A stretch of DNA of 62,047 nucleotides, counting the filler, from Nemertoderma westbladi (Eukaryota; Animalia; Xenacoelomorpha), in assembly GCA_032718475.1 (NCBI GenBank). It is 4 parts of 4 records of this genome, joined end to end, with 100 filler letters (N's around TTAATTAATTAA, not from the genome) between each part and the next. Parts side by side here need not be neighbours in the genome. Positions count along the whole stretch, not along the records: positions 26,411 to 45,628 come from JAUCBJ010006585.1; positions 45,729 to 53,743 come from JAUCBJ010000523.1; 2 more parts are not named here. One strand, given 5' to 3'. How positions within the stretch are numbered: the first letter of the stretch is position 1; the number at the start of each line of letters is the position of its first letter. The notes below the pieces were generated by a model, which saw only the letters and a list, made by a program, of their open reading frames with translations, did not search any database and was not told the DNA's origin. The translations under genes were made by a program, and so were the position numbers. Below are positions 39,641 through 52,792 of the stretch, in pieces.

Positions 39641-40529
39641 TTAAGAGTTCTAAGGGGCGAGCCATAAGGCAAGATGTTTGAGGCTTATCTAGATATATTA
39701 TTACTTAATTTTGACCCCCCAATCGGCATCTACTACGGCATATAGGCCATATCTTTTGCGGAGTCATAGAGTATTCTGAAGTTCCCCTGTCTGCCGCTAG
39801 AGGGCGTATTATTTGAAAATTAACATCTTCTCTAGCTTTGTTATTTACAATCCGCAAAACTATGAAGTTATATTGCTTAAGAGTTCTAAGGGGCGAGCCA
39901 TGAGGCAATATGTTTGAGACTTATTTAGATATATTATTACTTAATTTTGACCCCCCAATCGGTATCTATTACAATATGGGCTATATATTTTGCAGAGTCA
40001 CAGAGTATTCTGAAGTTCCCAGTCTGCCGCTAGAGGGCGAAATGACTCAAAGTGAAAACCATATGGTAGCCATGAATTGGTTACTAGTCAATAATACTGC
40101 ATTTTGCAACGTTAGGCCTATTGTTGACCGAACGAAAACTGCCCTGGTTCATGCAGGGATCTAACCCATGACATACGGGAGATGTGAATTCAACACAACC
40201 ACTACATCAAGGTGGAACAGTAACCTTCGAATTTGTTCGTTGACGTTCGAATTTGTAAGACTCTCCTTTAAGACCTGACACAGACTATGCCTCACTGAAG
40301 CACTGAGGCATAGTCTATGCCTCAGTGCCTCAGTGAGGCATAGTCTGTGTCAGGTCTTAAAGGAGAGGAGAGTCTTACAAATTCGAACGTCAACGAACAA
40401 ATTATAAGGTTACTGTTCCACCTTGATGTAGTGGTTGCGTTGAATTCACATCTCCCATATGTCATGGGTTGGATCCCTGCATGAACCAGGGCAGTTTTCG
40501 TTCGGTCAGCCATAGGCCTAACGTTGCAA

Positions 40530-43500
40530 CTACTACTACTAGGTTGAGCGAACTCGGACAGTGGAAATGAGATCCTTCCAGGCTTCCCGATTCTCCATAG
40601 TTGTAGCAATTTCGTTTCTCCCAAGTTCAGTATCCCTTTCAAGTTGATCTATATTCGTTATGGCCGGTCGTCCACGACTACGCTTTCCATGAGTTGGTTG
40701 CCAGAAAAGTAGATCTGGTATGACCTCGTCTTTAATTCGCCAGCAGTGCCCACTGAATCTTAATCTGCGTTCACGGAGGGTGGTTGATACAGGTGGTATT
40801 GTACCATAAAGCTCGGCGTTTGTCATGTGTTGTCTCCAGCTGATGTTTAGGGCTGCCCTTAGTAGTCTTGTGTAGCAACCATCAATTCGTTGTTCAAGTG
40901 ATTTAGTCAGTGTCCAGGTCTCACCCCCATATAAAAATACACTTTCCACTGTGGCTCGAAAGAACTTAGTCTTCAGGTGCCTGGAGAGATCTGATTTCCA
41001 GATGGTATCCATTTTTGATAGAGCTACCCAAGCCTTTGCTTTCCTAACTTCTATGTCCTTTTTGCTACTCTCTATCCATGATCTAAGGTACTGGAAGTCA
41101 TCGACCTTCCTTAGTTGATTATTATCAATGGTTGTCAAGTTTCCATCAACATTAAAGGTCATGAATTCGGTCTTGGTAGCATTTATATGCAATCCAACCT
41201 CCTTAGCAGCCCTCTCCACTTTATTTAGTAGAAGCTGTGCATCTGCTAGCGTATTAGAGAGCAGGGCGATGTAATCCGCAAAGTCGGTGTCTGTGACTGT
41301 AGTTGCCGGATATCTACTACTTCTGCGTTTTTGAAGTGTGAATCCCAGATCTTCACCCTTTGTGGCCGTCCTCATTGCGTAATCCAGCACAATTACATAT
41401 AGTAATGGTGCTAATGTGTCACCTTGCAGTACGCCAGCCAGGATTGAGAAAAACTCAGTTTCACCATCTGGTGAGAGTACCTGCGCTTCTGTGTCACAAT
41501 ATAACAATCCAATGCCAGCAACAATTACTTCTGGTATTCCATAAGCTCTTAGGATTTCAAGCATTTTACCTCTATGGATGGATTCGAATGCCTTCTTGAA
41601 GTCCACAAAAGTCATGACAGCGGGGAGATTCTTTGACTTAATTCCTTCAATCAGTCGCCGTAGTGCAAGTATCTGAGCTATTGTTGATCTACTTGGTCGA
41701 AATCCGTTTTGGCTCTTACGCAGTAGTTTCTCTATGTGAGGCCTAATCCTATATAGAATCATTTTATTCTATATTTTGGCAGCTACCACAAGCAGACAGA
41801 TCCCACGATAGTTTGTTGGTATGCCGAGGTCTCCTTTCTTGGGGTGAGGCTTTAGTTGACCTTTAGTCCAAATTGGTGGTGGTTTTTCCCCTTTTAACAT
41901 CCGGTTGCAAACATTCAATAATGGTCTATTTAGCACTCCGGTTTTCCATACCTCCGCTGGGATTTCATCTAATCCACTCGCTTTATTATTGGACATGCTT
42001 TTAATGCTTCTTTGGAGTTCGGCAATTGTGAAGTCCCCTGTTTCTATAGGTAGTGTCTTGTCATATATTTTCCTTGTAGGGCTGACCTCGATGTTTGGTG
42101 GCTGCCCAAGCAAGTTGCTGAAGTGATTTTTCCACTTCCCAACACGTTCTTCAGGACTATCGGCTTTGAGGCGCCCCTTTGCACAACTTTACCGACCAGT
42201 TACCTCATTTACAGTTTGCCAGGTAAGTCTTGATTGTTGCTGTATGTGAGCGATATGTGTATACGATCTTAAATTGGCCTACAACATCAACCAGGAAAAG
42301 TACATACAGGATAAAACTGAAGCAATTACAACTGCTCACTGAGCAGTTGTAATTGCTTCAGTTTTATCCTGTATGTACTTTTCCTGGTTGATGTTGTAGG
42401 CCAATTTAAGATCGTCCTTAGCTTTCTCAACCTTGTTAACGTTTTCGGTTGTTGGTTGTTCGGTTTTAACTTTGTAGGCTATCTTAAGATCTTCTCTCTT
42501 ACAAGTAACCTCAGAGTTTTGCCATGGCACATATTGTTTTCGTTTGGGTTTCTTGGGGATATGCCTCTTAGCTGATTCCTTGTGGGCTGTTATTATATTC
42601 TGGTATATTGAATTGGTGGATTGGTCTTCATCCATTGACTGAAGTGCTTCAAAGCGGTTTTGAACTTCTACTGTATAAGCATCCTTTACAGCATTGTCAG
42701 TTCTGAGTTTTTCCCAGTCATATTTGATTTGCTTGCTTTTCCTGGGTTTGCTGGCTCTCAAACTGAGTCTGATCTCTGCAGTCACAATTCTGTGGTCCGA
42801 ACCAATTAGTTTGAACGAGCTGTATGCCTCGCAGTTGATCATGCTGTTTCTCCACTTTTTGTTTATGAGGATGTAATCCAGTTGTGCTTTGGTTCCATTA
42901 TGGTATTGAAAGGTCCATAGCTTCCCCTTACTCTTTTCGAATGTGTTGTTTGTTGGTATCAATTCACATTCTTCCATTAGGTCTAAAAGTAAGTAACCAT
43001 TTCTGTTAGAACTGGTGTTATAGGTGTAACCCTTGATGTCTTCTGGGCCAATTTGGTCATTCAGGTCACCAGCAATGACTTTAACATTGTGTTTCGGAAT
43101 GTCCTTTATAAGTCCAGTCAGTTCTTCATAAAACTTGACTGCTTGTTCTGGTTCTGAGGCATTGGTTGGACTGTAGCAACATATAACTGTTGCCTTGGGA
43201 TTCCCATCAAATGTTGCGATCCCTGGAATTTATAGATTCGATGTTGTTTAGGGTCTTAAGTGCAAATGGGCTTAGCAGAATTCCTACTCCACCAATTGAT
43301 GCATTGGCCGAGTTTCTTACTGCTGAGCTTGTTACTAACATCCATCCATTTCCAATGTCATTGTACTTCATGGCAGTGTCTTCATGACAAATGCGATGTT
43401 CTTGGATGCAGATGATGTCGATGTTATATTCCATTGCCAGAGCGACCATGTCACCCTGTTTGGTATGTGCTTTCAGCGTGCGTGCGTTCATTGTAGCAAT

Positions 43501-43641
43501 CTTTAGTGTCTTTTTACATTTCAACAGGTTGGTTCTTCTTTCTTCTCGGTCTTCTGTTCCAGTAGCCAATTGATCGACCCCAGCCTGGTGTACCACTGGG
43601 GGACGCGGTCCTTGTTGACCCGGGCGACGACCGAGCTGGTA
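40530..43641 (-). mobile_element. RTE-clade LINE, near full-length, frameshifted
   Basis: EN (ATMNARTL, CIQEHR, QLDYIL, SDHR) and RT (QNGFR, FVDFKKAF, GVLQGD, FADY); (TAG)n tail; 11-bp TSD TAACGTTGCAA (40519-40529, 43642-43652). Confidence 0.95.
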
Positions 43642-45426
43642 TAACGTTGCAAAATGCAGTAATATTGCCTAGTAACCAATTCATGGCTACCATATGGTTT
43701 TCACTTTGAGTCATTTCGACCTCTAGCGGCACACTGGGAACTTCAGAATACTCTGTGACTCTGCAAAATATATAGCCCATATTGTAATAGATACCGATTG
43801 GAGGGTCAAAATTAAGTAATAATATATCTAAATAAGTCTCCAACATCTTGCCTCATGGCTCGCCCCTTAGAACTCTTAAGCAATATAACTTCATAGTTTT
43901 GCGGATTGTAAATAACAAAGCTAGAGAAGATGTTAATTTTCAAATAATACGCCCTATAGCGGCAGACAGGGGAACTTCAGACTACTCTATGTCTCCGCAA
44001 AAGATATGGCCTATGCCGTAGTAGATGCCGATTGGGGGGTCAAAATTAAGTAATAATATATCTAAATAAGTCTCAAACATCTTGCCTCATGGCTCGCCCC
44101 TTAGAACTCTTAAGCAATATAACTTCATAGTTTTGCGGATTGTAAATAACAAAGCTAGAGAAGATTTAATTTTCAAATAATACGCCCTCTAACGGCAGAC
44201 AGGGGAACTTCAGACTACTCTATGTCTCCGCAAAAGATATGGCCTTTGCCGTAGTAGATGCCTACCGAGTTTAAACCTATTCGGAATGAAAATAGCAAAG
44301 TCAGATAAGATATTAATTTTCAGATCATACGCCCTCTAGCGGTAGACTAGGGAACTGCAGACGGCAGGATATAGGTAAGAGTAATTAGTAATGGGGCGCT
44401 TGGATACAACTATTATTAATAAGCTGTTGTTTGGTTAAAGCTAATTGGGGGTCATATAGAAACCAATATATAAAACTAATTATTGGTAAATCTAAAATTA
44501 AATACAAATAAATAACGTAAAATTAAATACAAATAATTAATTAAAATTAAGTATAATTAAATAAGTATTAATAAATAAAAGAGCTGCGGTGTCACTTATG
44601 ACACCCTCTTGGCCCTCTAGGCGATAGTTAGACAACACTGACACCATTGCGTATCGGATTGATTAATTAGGATAATCAATTAAACCCTAATTAGGAGTCG
44701 TAAGAAACCTATTAGGGTTTAATTGTACTAATTAATTGATGACACCTGTCAATTAGGGTCTAATTAGCCTAATTAGGAGGTGTCACCCAGACAGACTGGC
44801 GCCAGTCAGTTGGGTCTAACTGTCACCGAGCCGGCCAAGACCCTACTACTGTCAACATTACCGCCTTGATGATTTATAGACAAATACACAAAAATCTTAC
44901 TTCTAGTTATCTTAAGGCATCAAAAATATACACATCACTGCAACAAATTGATTTAGTGTATACAGACACCTTCAAAATTAAAGATTCGAGATTCGATTAA
45001 TTCACTATAGTTTTTGTACAAAATGTGTGGGATGGGTCAACTCTATATCAAGTATTAATTGGTGGACATAGTCTTGACATTTTGTAAAATAACCCAAGAA
45101 CTATTGAACTACTGACTATTGACTAACTACACCCACAATATCGATCATTTCTGTGATGTGTCTATTTTTGATTCCTTGAGATAATTCAAAGTATCATTTA
45201 TAGTGTATTTTTCCATATCACATCAAGGTGGTAATGTAGACTTGTGCTGGACTTCACATTTTCTGCGATATCTCAAGAATTATTCGCTCTATGTTTGTTT
45301 TGAAGGTGTTTTCCCCCACTAAGTCGGTCATTGCGGTTCTAATGAGCATAATATTAATGCAGTAGGAGAACTCAAAGTTGGCCATCGCGAAAATTGAGAA
45401 TAATCATCACTTGCGCAAATGGTAGG

Positions 45427-45628
45427 TGTTCGCGCTTTCAGACCTTTGGCAGTTTAACCCGCCAAATTATGATGTCTTCTAGATAATAAATCACTTTTAG
45501 CCTATGACAAGTATTTAATTCACTACACTAGTCGAAACCAATCTGTGCGCGATCATTCACCCGCTGGATATACCCGGGAGATTGGGTTCGACGGCTTAAT
45601 CTTATTGCTATGTAAGCCTAATGTATTA
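45427..45628 (-). repeat. BEL LTR 3' end (A-type variant), reverse orientation, cut by gap
   Basis: Reverse complement of 13867-14069, including A-type variants such as GGTCTGAAAGCGCGAACA. Confidence 0.92.
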
Positions 45629-45728
45629 NNNNNNNNNNNNNNNNNNNNNNNNNNNNNNNNNNNNNNNNNNNNTTAATTAATTAANNNNNNNNNNNNNNNN
45701 NNNNNNNNNNNNNNNNNNNNNNNNNNNN
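45629..45728. other. Assembly spacer
   Basis: N run with TTAATTAATTAA. Confidence 0.97.
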
Positions 45729-47287
45729 CTAGTGGACATTACTCGGGATTCAATAATGGGTAAGTCTAATTCATTGCTAAGTCAGTTCGAATGTATGAAC
45801 GTTTTGAACCATCGTCCAAATACACATGAATCCAGTAGCCACCAAGGTTATTATCTGGTGGAACTATAAAAGCCATTGCCAACTTCACAAACACTGAATA
45901 GTTTTCAGCCTGGGTTGGGGTATCTAACACAATAGAGTTATTAGGATTATTGGAAACTCCCAAAGAAGTTGAGGTCAGACCCCAATGAAAATAAGGTGGC
46001 TGACTAGAAGCCTCCCTGGAATTTGGTACACCTGGAGGACCCCCATTGGACTGAGGTGGTGAAATTGATGGAGCTGTAGGTATACATGGGAGAACTGCAG
46101 AAGTAGTTGTATGGGAAGAAGGTTTGTGCACTGGGGTTCATCCTTGTGCTAACTCACGGGGCCTCTTAAAACACAATAAAGTATTATGTTTTTTCCCACA
46201 GGAGAAGCATCCAGTTGAGGATTTGCAGTCCTTGGAACCATGATTGCCAAAACAGTTTGTACAAATATTACTAAGCTTAAGTATTTTAAGTAGAAGTAAA
46301 CTTTATTAGAAGTAAACTCAACCGATTCCCTTGACTCCAACTCCTTATGAATAAATTCTAGCAATAAATCTAGGTTAAACCGATCAGAAGAACGATTGCG
46401 ATTCCATACCATAACTAAATCAGAAGGAAGTTTTTGCAGAAGAAGTGGAGCCAAAAGGAGAGAAGATAAATCAGTAGAAGTAGAAGGTTCCTCTCTTGTT
46501 GGTTCCTCCTGAAATTCAACCTAAAATTAGGGTATTTCACTTAGCGAACTTTCAAAACATCCATAATCCGCCTAAATACCTTTAAATCATTATCATGCAT
46601 GGGTGGTAAGGAACAAAGTTGTGAGGCATACATTCCAATTAGTAAGTGGGGATTACCGAACCTTTTTTTAGGTTTCTTAACTGCGTTGGAATAATTTGCT
46701 GCAGAGGCTGGCAAACCTGAAATTGCCTCCTTTGCCTCTCCCTCCAAACAGCTGCATAAATGAATAAATTTCTTTATATCAGAGAGACCCAGTCTATCGT
46801 GGATTATTGCTTTCAATTGGTCCCAAAATGGGTGCCACTGTAGGTACTGACCACTAAAACTTGGGAGTTTAATTTTGGGATTATCGCGGTCCATTTCACC
46901 AGGGCTGGAGGAGGCATTTAAATTTGATGGATGTGAAACTAAAGCATTAATATTATTTTCCAACCGAGCCAACAGATGGTGGGATTTATAAATAACACAA
47001 TCTATATCACGGTCATATTGGGATACAACAGGATCTGGATAACCTAGGGAAATAAGTTCAGAGTCCAGCTCAATCAACAATTGCCGTTGACAATCTAATA
47101 GCTCTATTTGGTAGGCATGATCATCAGAATTTATACCGGTTTCAGGGGTTCTATGTAATTTTTCCAAATCATTTATAAGGCGAGTAGCATTTTTCCTTTC
47201 TTGACTGTGCCTCTTTTTAAAATCTTTAATTCCCCCAGTTTCTCCTTCATCATCGCTAGTCATACCTACCTTCCCCATATCTGGCAA
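45729..47287 (-). pseudogene. gag: Decayed gag-protease of a second BEL/Pao family
   Basis: KIKLPSFSGQYLQWHPFWDQ...CLEGEAKEAISGL (DUF1759-like); LLLQKLPSDL; protease YLDDGSKRSYI. Confidence 0.88.
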
Positions 47288-47372
47288 AAAGAGTTTAAAA
47301 AGCGTTTAAAAAGAGTTTAAAAAGAGTTTAAAAAGAGTTTAAAAGCGTTTAAAAAGAGTTTAAAAAGAGTTC
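47286..47372. repeat. Tandem repeat of 10-11 bp, (AAAAAGAGTTT)n
   Basis: About 8 directly visible copies. Confidence 0.9.
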
Positions 47373-48975
47373 TTAAGTCTATAAAATATACATAGAGTCA
47401 CAAATTCTTAATATAATAACTAATCCAAACAATAAATCTTTCTTTCTAGAATGACGTTTACGGAGTTTCTTGAACCTTCGGGTAGTTTTAGTCTTTTTCT
47501 CCGCGGCATGAGCCACTTTACTAGGAAGGCTGTAACTCATTGGAAAAGGGTGCAATATAATTGCATCAGAAGGGTTGTGGTTGCGGTCGGTGTATCCGCT
47601 GGTCGAGGTAACTGCATTCTCTCCTCTTTTCCTGAGAGTGCGTCCAGATATTCCCGTGAGATACCAACCTACCCTGGTTCGTCCTGCATAAGTTTGTAGG
47701 GGTTGTGGTCGAGTAGATCGCTTTTCTAGAGTCTCCAGCTCTTCGTGCGCATTCTGGCCGATTAGCATCTGGACTCTCCGATCGTTGGTCTTAAATCTGG
47801 GAACTTGGTGTCACTGACCGAAGGTGTCTTCACTCAGTCATAAGGTTCTACCTGACTAGCAGCAAAGATTTTAATAGCTACCATCTTAATATACCCTATG
47901 CTGTTCTCATCAGATTTATCCTGTGGGGTGGATAGTGATCCTATATAAAAGTCCTTCGATACTGTAGATTTCCATACCTGCATGATTCCAGAGAGGTTTA
48001 ACTTATTATGGAATTTATCCTGACCTGCAAATATGTCCTCGGCTAAGTCCATGTCGATAAAGGTGCCTGTACTACCTGAATCAAGGAGGGCATTAATGAT
48101 TAAACTCTTACCTTGTCCATGTATCCTGAGCTGCACCACTGGGAATTCTCATATGCCATTTGATGGTTGTGAAAACTTCCACGAGAACTGTTTATCCGTA
48201 ATGGATAGTTGGACGTCCTCTCCGTCGGTTGTTGCTTCATGGGTAAGGGCTTGGCATACGGTCGTGTTGATTATATAGCAGGATTTGTTTTCATCGGAAA
48301 ACTCATCTGTATAAAATCCCTCCATCTCTGAACTCTGGTCCGTGTCAATCCAAATTGGACGTGCAACTCAGTTCACTCACCTTGTCAAACTGGATATGTA
48401 ATAACAAATGAATGATGTTTAGCTCCACACTTAGCACATCTAGCATCTTAATAGCAATTCTTCCTCTGATGTCCTCTCCTCAGACAATTGTAACATAACC
48501 TCTTATCCCAAGTTACACTACGTCTATCTCTAAGGTCTTTCTTCAAGAATTCCTCACACTTACTCAGGTGATGAGGCCCTTCGCATGACACACACTTAGG
48601 TTTAAGATTAGTTACCTTAGGTTGTACTGTGTTCTGCACTCGAGTTCTTTCTTTGGGCTTCTTACTGGGAATCCTTTTGGGTAACATTGGAGGAGTCTTA
48701 CGCTGTTCTCTTTTACTCTCATTCTGCCGAATCTTGGGCTTTCCCACGTCCTTCCTTTTACTTGCGTAATAGACATCGGCAGTATCAGGTCCACTGTCCT
48801 CATCGTATGAGGTTTGACTCTCATACTCGGTGTAAAATACAGGCATTACCTTTCTCCTAGCTACTGGTTTCTCACTTACCTTGGTTTCAGGAGTTTTCTC
48901 TCGAGACTGTTTAATTAACTGTAATCTAACCTCTCCTATCAGGAAAGACATAAGGTCCACCATTGTAGGATCTCT
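47373..48975 (-). mobile_element. Diverged relative of element B: gag C-terminus, protease and basic 3' tail, decayed
   Basis: RDPTMVDLMSFL, KVSEKPV, WDKRLCYNCLRRGHQR, NALLDSGSTGTFID and GYTDRN...KKLRKR all match element B. Confidence 0.92.
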
Positions 48976-50420
48976 CTTACTACTAGGATCGGCATGCTGC
49001 ATTGCAGCTGCATTTTTAAGAATGCTGTGCCGGCTTGTCGACAAAATTGCGCCACCACAACTCCCTATCACCCATGACATTTGTCGATCATCCGCATCTT
49101 CAAGGCCAGTGTCCTTTACGATACGTCTCGAGAAAGTCATGGGCTGTCCACCATGCTTATACACTCCACGAGGCTGCCAAAGTACAAGATGGCATCAACC
49201 TGTTGGTTTATTAGCTCCTGTAGATTAACAGAGTACTGCCTGTTCAGGGAGCTAGATGCAGCCTTAACTGCATTCTTGGCCACTGTAGTCTGTTTGAGTC
49301 GGGACTCTTTCTGTGCCTTATAGAGGTATTTCGGCACTTCTGAATTTTGTTGTCAGTCCAGGGGACACTTTTCCTGTTTCGAGGTATACAGGAACTGTTT
49401 CTGCAGCTGCTAACTTAACTGCTTCTGTGAAGGCAGTATAGCCCTTGCAGTGATCCGCCGCCTCAGAGGCAAGTACCTCATACCTGTTGCTCAGCTGTAG
49501 TGTGAAGCTGGATCTCACACTTGGCTGTTGCAACAGAGAGGACCAGTCATGCTGCGGCAAGGCAGATTTCATTGTTCTGCTTATTCATTCTAAGTCTTAC
49601 CTTGGTCACAATAACGTGGTAATCACTAGAGAAGGGTCGAAGTGTAAATGCATTACAGTCTTGTATAGAGCTCCTGTATTTCCTACGAAACAGAATATGG
49701 TCTATCTGGGACTTGTGACCACTGGGTCCACTATGAGTCCATAGCTTTCCAGTTCGTTTCTTGAACTGTGTTCCAGCCGAAAACAATCCATTTCCAGAGA
49801 TAAAATCCTGAAGATAGACGGAATTTCGGTTAACACTATTGCTATAGACCCAGGGTGATGTAGGTGATTGATGCAGACTTGCATTAAAGTCTCCAAGGAA
49901 TGTTAAGAATGCATGCTGATCTACTCCATCAGTAGCTGCTTGTAGATTGTGGTAGAAATTTTCCATCTCCTCTACAGGGGCAACACTAGTTGGAGAGTAG
50001 CACACAATCGGAACCACCTTAGGAAACTTCTTAGCCAGTCTTCCAGAACATGAGAAGTGGCAACGGATGATGCGGTTAGAGATTTTGTCTCTTTTGTCCA
50101 ATCGTGCATATGCAGTTGGTTTATCAATATACCAATTCCACCATTGCCACTATCATCTGCTGACGCGAGGGCAAATCGCCAACCACCCCCATGTCCTTAA
50201 TCACAACCTCATCCCAGTATGTCCAGTCTGCATTCGGTGCTCTTGAACACGCACTGCACTAAGAGAAAGCTTATCTGCCAAGGCAGTCAGCTCACCTTGT
50301 CGCATTAGGGACCCGAGTGTTAGGGTGTTTACTGAGGCTAGTCTAGTGACTTGCCTCAGATTCACCAATGGCTTTGTTGGTCGGAGTGGACCATGAGAGT
50401 AGCCTCCAACTCCAGAACCC
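48976..50420 (-). mobile_element. RTE-like LINE 5' fragment (endonuclease region)
   Basis: ASVNTLTL, VQEHR, CYSPT, LGDFNA, SQIDHIL, LQLSNRYEVL; no RT present. Confidence 0.85.
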
Positions 50421-50810
50421 CCCCCCCCCCCCCCCCCCCCCCCCCTCACAATCTCGCCTCTCTGGTCTATTGTTAGCCTATGATAATATATGTAAGCCGA
50501 ACTGCCGACCACTTGCAACTTACCCTCAGTTCACTGGGTCGAATAGTCGCCTTATACATGGCCCAAGAGGTAGTCGGAAGAGTCGAACTGGTCGGCAAGG
50601 TCAGCTCCACCTATAGTCTACATTGAAAGTTTTGCAACTTTTAGCGACCCTCCATATAGTCTATTGTAGACCTCTGATGATATATGTAAGCCGACCAGCT
50701 GATCAGCCGACCTCTTGCGACTTACCCTCAGTTTACTGGGTCGAATAGTCATCTATTCGCTGTGAGTTGGCCTCGTATTTATATATTTTATTATTATCTT
50801 TTATAGGAGA

Positions 50811-52792
50811 CTGCTGCCCCTCGTACTGCTGCCCCTCATACTTCTGCCCCTCGTAGCTGCCCCTCATAGTCGTACCGCTGCCCCTCATAGTGCTGCCCCT
50901 TGTTCCGCTGCCCCTTGTACCACTGCCCCTCGTACCGCTGCCCCTTGTACCACTGCCCCTCGTAGTCGTACCACTGCCCCTTGTAGTCGTACCACTGCCC
51001 CTCGAAGTCATACCACTGCCCCTCGTAGTCGTACCGCTGCCCCTCGTAGTCGTACCGCTGCCCCTCGTACCACTGCCCCCTGTACCGCTGCCCCTCGTAC
51101 CACTGCCCCCCTTACCACTGCCTATTGTACCACTGCCCCCCGTACCGCTGCCCCTCGTACTGCTGCCCCTCATACCGCTGCACCTCGTACCGTTGCCCCT
51201 TGTACCACTGCCCCTCGTAGTCGTACCACTGCCCCTTGTAGTCGTACCACTGCCCCTCGTAGTCATACCACTGCCCCTCGTAGTCGTACCGCTGCCCCTC
51301 ATAGTCGTACCGCTGCCCCTCGTAACAATGCCCCCTGTACCGCTGCCCCTCGTACTGCTGCCCCTCGTACCACTGCCCCCCTTGCCACTGCCTATTGTAC
51401 CACTGCCCCTTATAGTCGTACCACTGCCCCCCATAGTCATACCGCTGCCCCTCGTACTGCTGCCCCTCGTACCGCTGCACCTCGTACCATTGCCCCTCGT
51501 ACCACTGCCCCTTATAGTCGTACCACTGCCCCCCATAGTCATACCACTGCCCCTCGTAGTCGTACCGCTGCGCCTCGTAGTCGTACCGCTGCCACTCGTA
51601 GTCGTACCGCTGCCCCTCGTACCACTGCCCCCTGTACCGCTGCCCCTCGTACCACTGCCCCCCTTACCACTGCCTATTGTACCACTGCCCCCTGTACCGC
51701 TGCCCCTCGTACTGCTGCCCCTCGTACCGCTGCACCTCGTACCGTTGCCCCTCGTACCACTGCCCCTTGTAGTCGTACCACTGCCCCTCGTAGTCATACC
51801 ACTGCCCCTCGTAGTCGTACCGCTGCCCCTCATAGTCGTACCGCTGCCCCTCGTAACAATGCCCCCTGTACCGCTGCCCCTCGTACTGCTGCCCCTCGTA
51901 CCACTGCCCCCCTTGCCACTGCCTATTGTACCACTGCCCCTTATAGTCGTACCACTGCCCCCCATAGTCATACCGCTGCCCCTCGTACTGCTGCCCCACG
52001 TACCGCTGCACCTCGTACCATTGCCCCTCGTACCACTGCCCCTTATAGTCGTACCACTGCCCCCCATAGTCATACCACTGCCCCTCGTAGTCGTACCGCT
52101 GCGCCTCGTAGTCGTACCGCTGCCCCTCGTAGTCGTACCGCTGCCCCTCGTACCACTGCCCCCTGTACCGCTGCCCCTCGTACCACTGCCCCCCTTACCA
52201 CTGCCTATTGTACCACTGCCCCCTGTACCGCTGCCCCTCGTACTGCTGCCCCTCGTACCGCTGCACCTCGTACCGTTGCCCCTCGTACCACTGCCCCTTG
52301 TAGTCGTACCACTGCCCCTCGTAGTCATACCACTGCCCCTCGTAGTCGTACCGCTGCCCCTCATAGTCGTACCGCTGCCCCTCGTAACAATGCCCCCTGT
52401 ACCGCTGCCCCTCGTACTGCTGCCCCTCGTACCACTGCCCCCCTTGCCACTGCCTATTGTACCACTGCCCCTTATAGTCGTACCACTGCCCCCCATAGTC
52501 ATACCGCTGCCCCTCGTACTGCTGCCCCTCGTACCGCTGCACCTCGTACCATTGCCCCTCGTACCACTGCCCCTTATAGTCGTACCACTGCCCCCCATAG
52601 TCATACCACTGCCCCTCGTAGTCGTACCGCTGCGCCTCGTAGTCGAAACGCTGCCCATCGTACCAGTGCCCCCCATACCGCTGCCCCTCGTACTGCTACC
52701 CCTCGTACCGCTGCACCTTGTACCGTTGCCCCTCGTAGCACTGCCCCTCGTATTGCTGCCATATACTGCTGCCCCTCGTACTTGCTGCCCCT
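50811..52792. repeat. GC-rich minisatellite of 15/18-bp units (GTACCRCTGCCCCTC, with or without GTA/GTC) with 531-bp higher-order period
   Basis: Visible units; repeated ORFs offset by 531 bp (51480, 52011, 52542). Confidence 0.95.

Larger units (their letters stand above)
36925..44851. mobile_element. Fully palindromic foldback DNA element with internal tandem repeats of about 235 bp
   Basis: Ends CAGTAGTAGGGTCTTGGCC / GGCCAAGACCCTACTACTG; TSD TCAA (36921-36924, 44852-44855); symmetry centre near 40314. Confidence 0.88.
36411..45426. mobile_element. Outer long-TIR non-autonomous element hosting the foldback; right arm cut by a BEL LTR
   Basis: 36740-36924 plus 44856-44950 is the reverse complement of about 45140-45420; left end is approximate. 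Confidence 0.65.

Noticed and set aside
50811-52792. CRISPR-like appearance of regular short repeats
   Set aside because: No unique spacers, no cas genes, eukaryotic context; it is a minisatellite.
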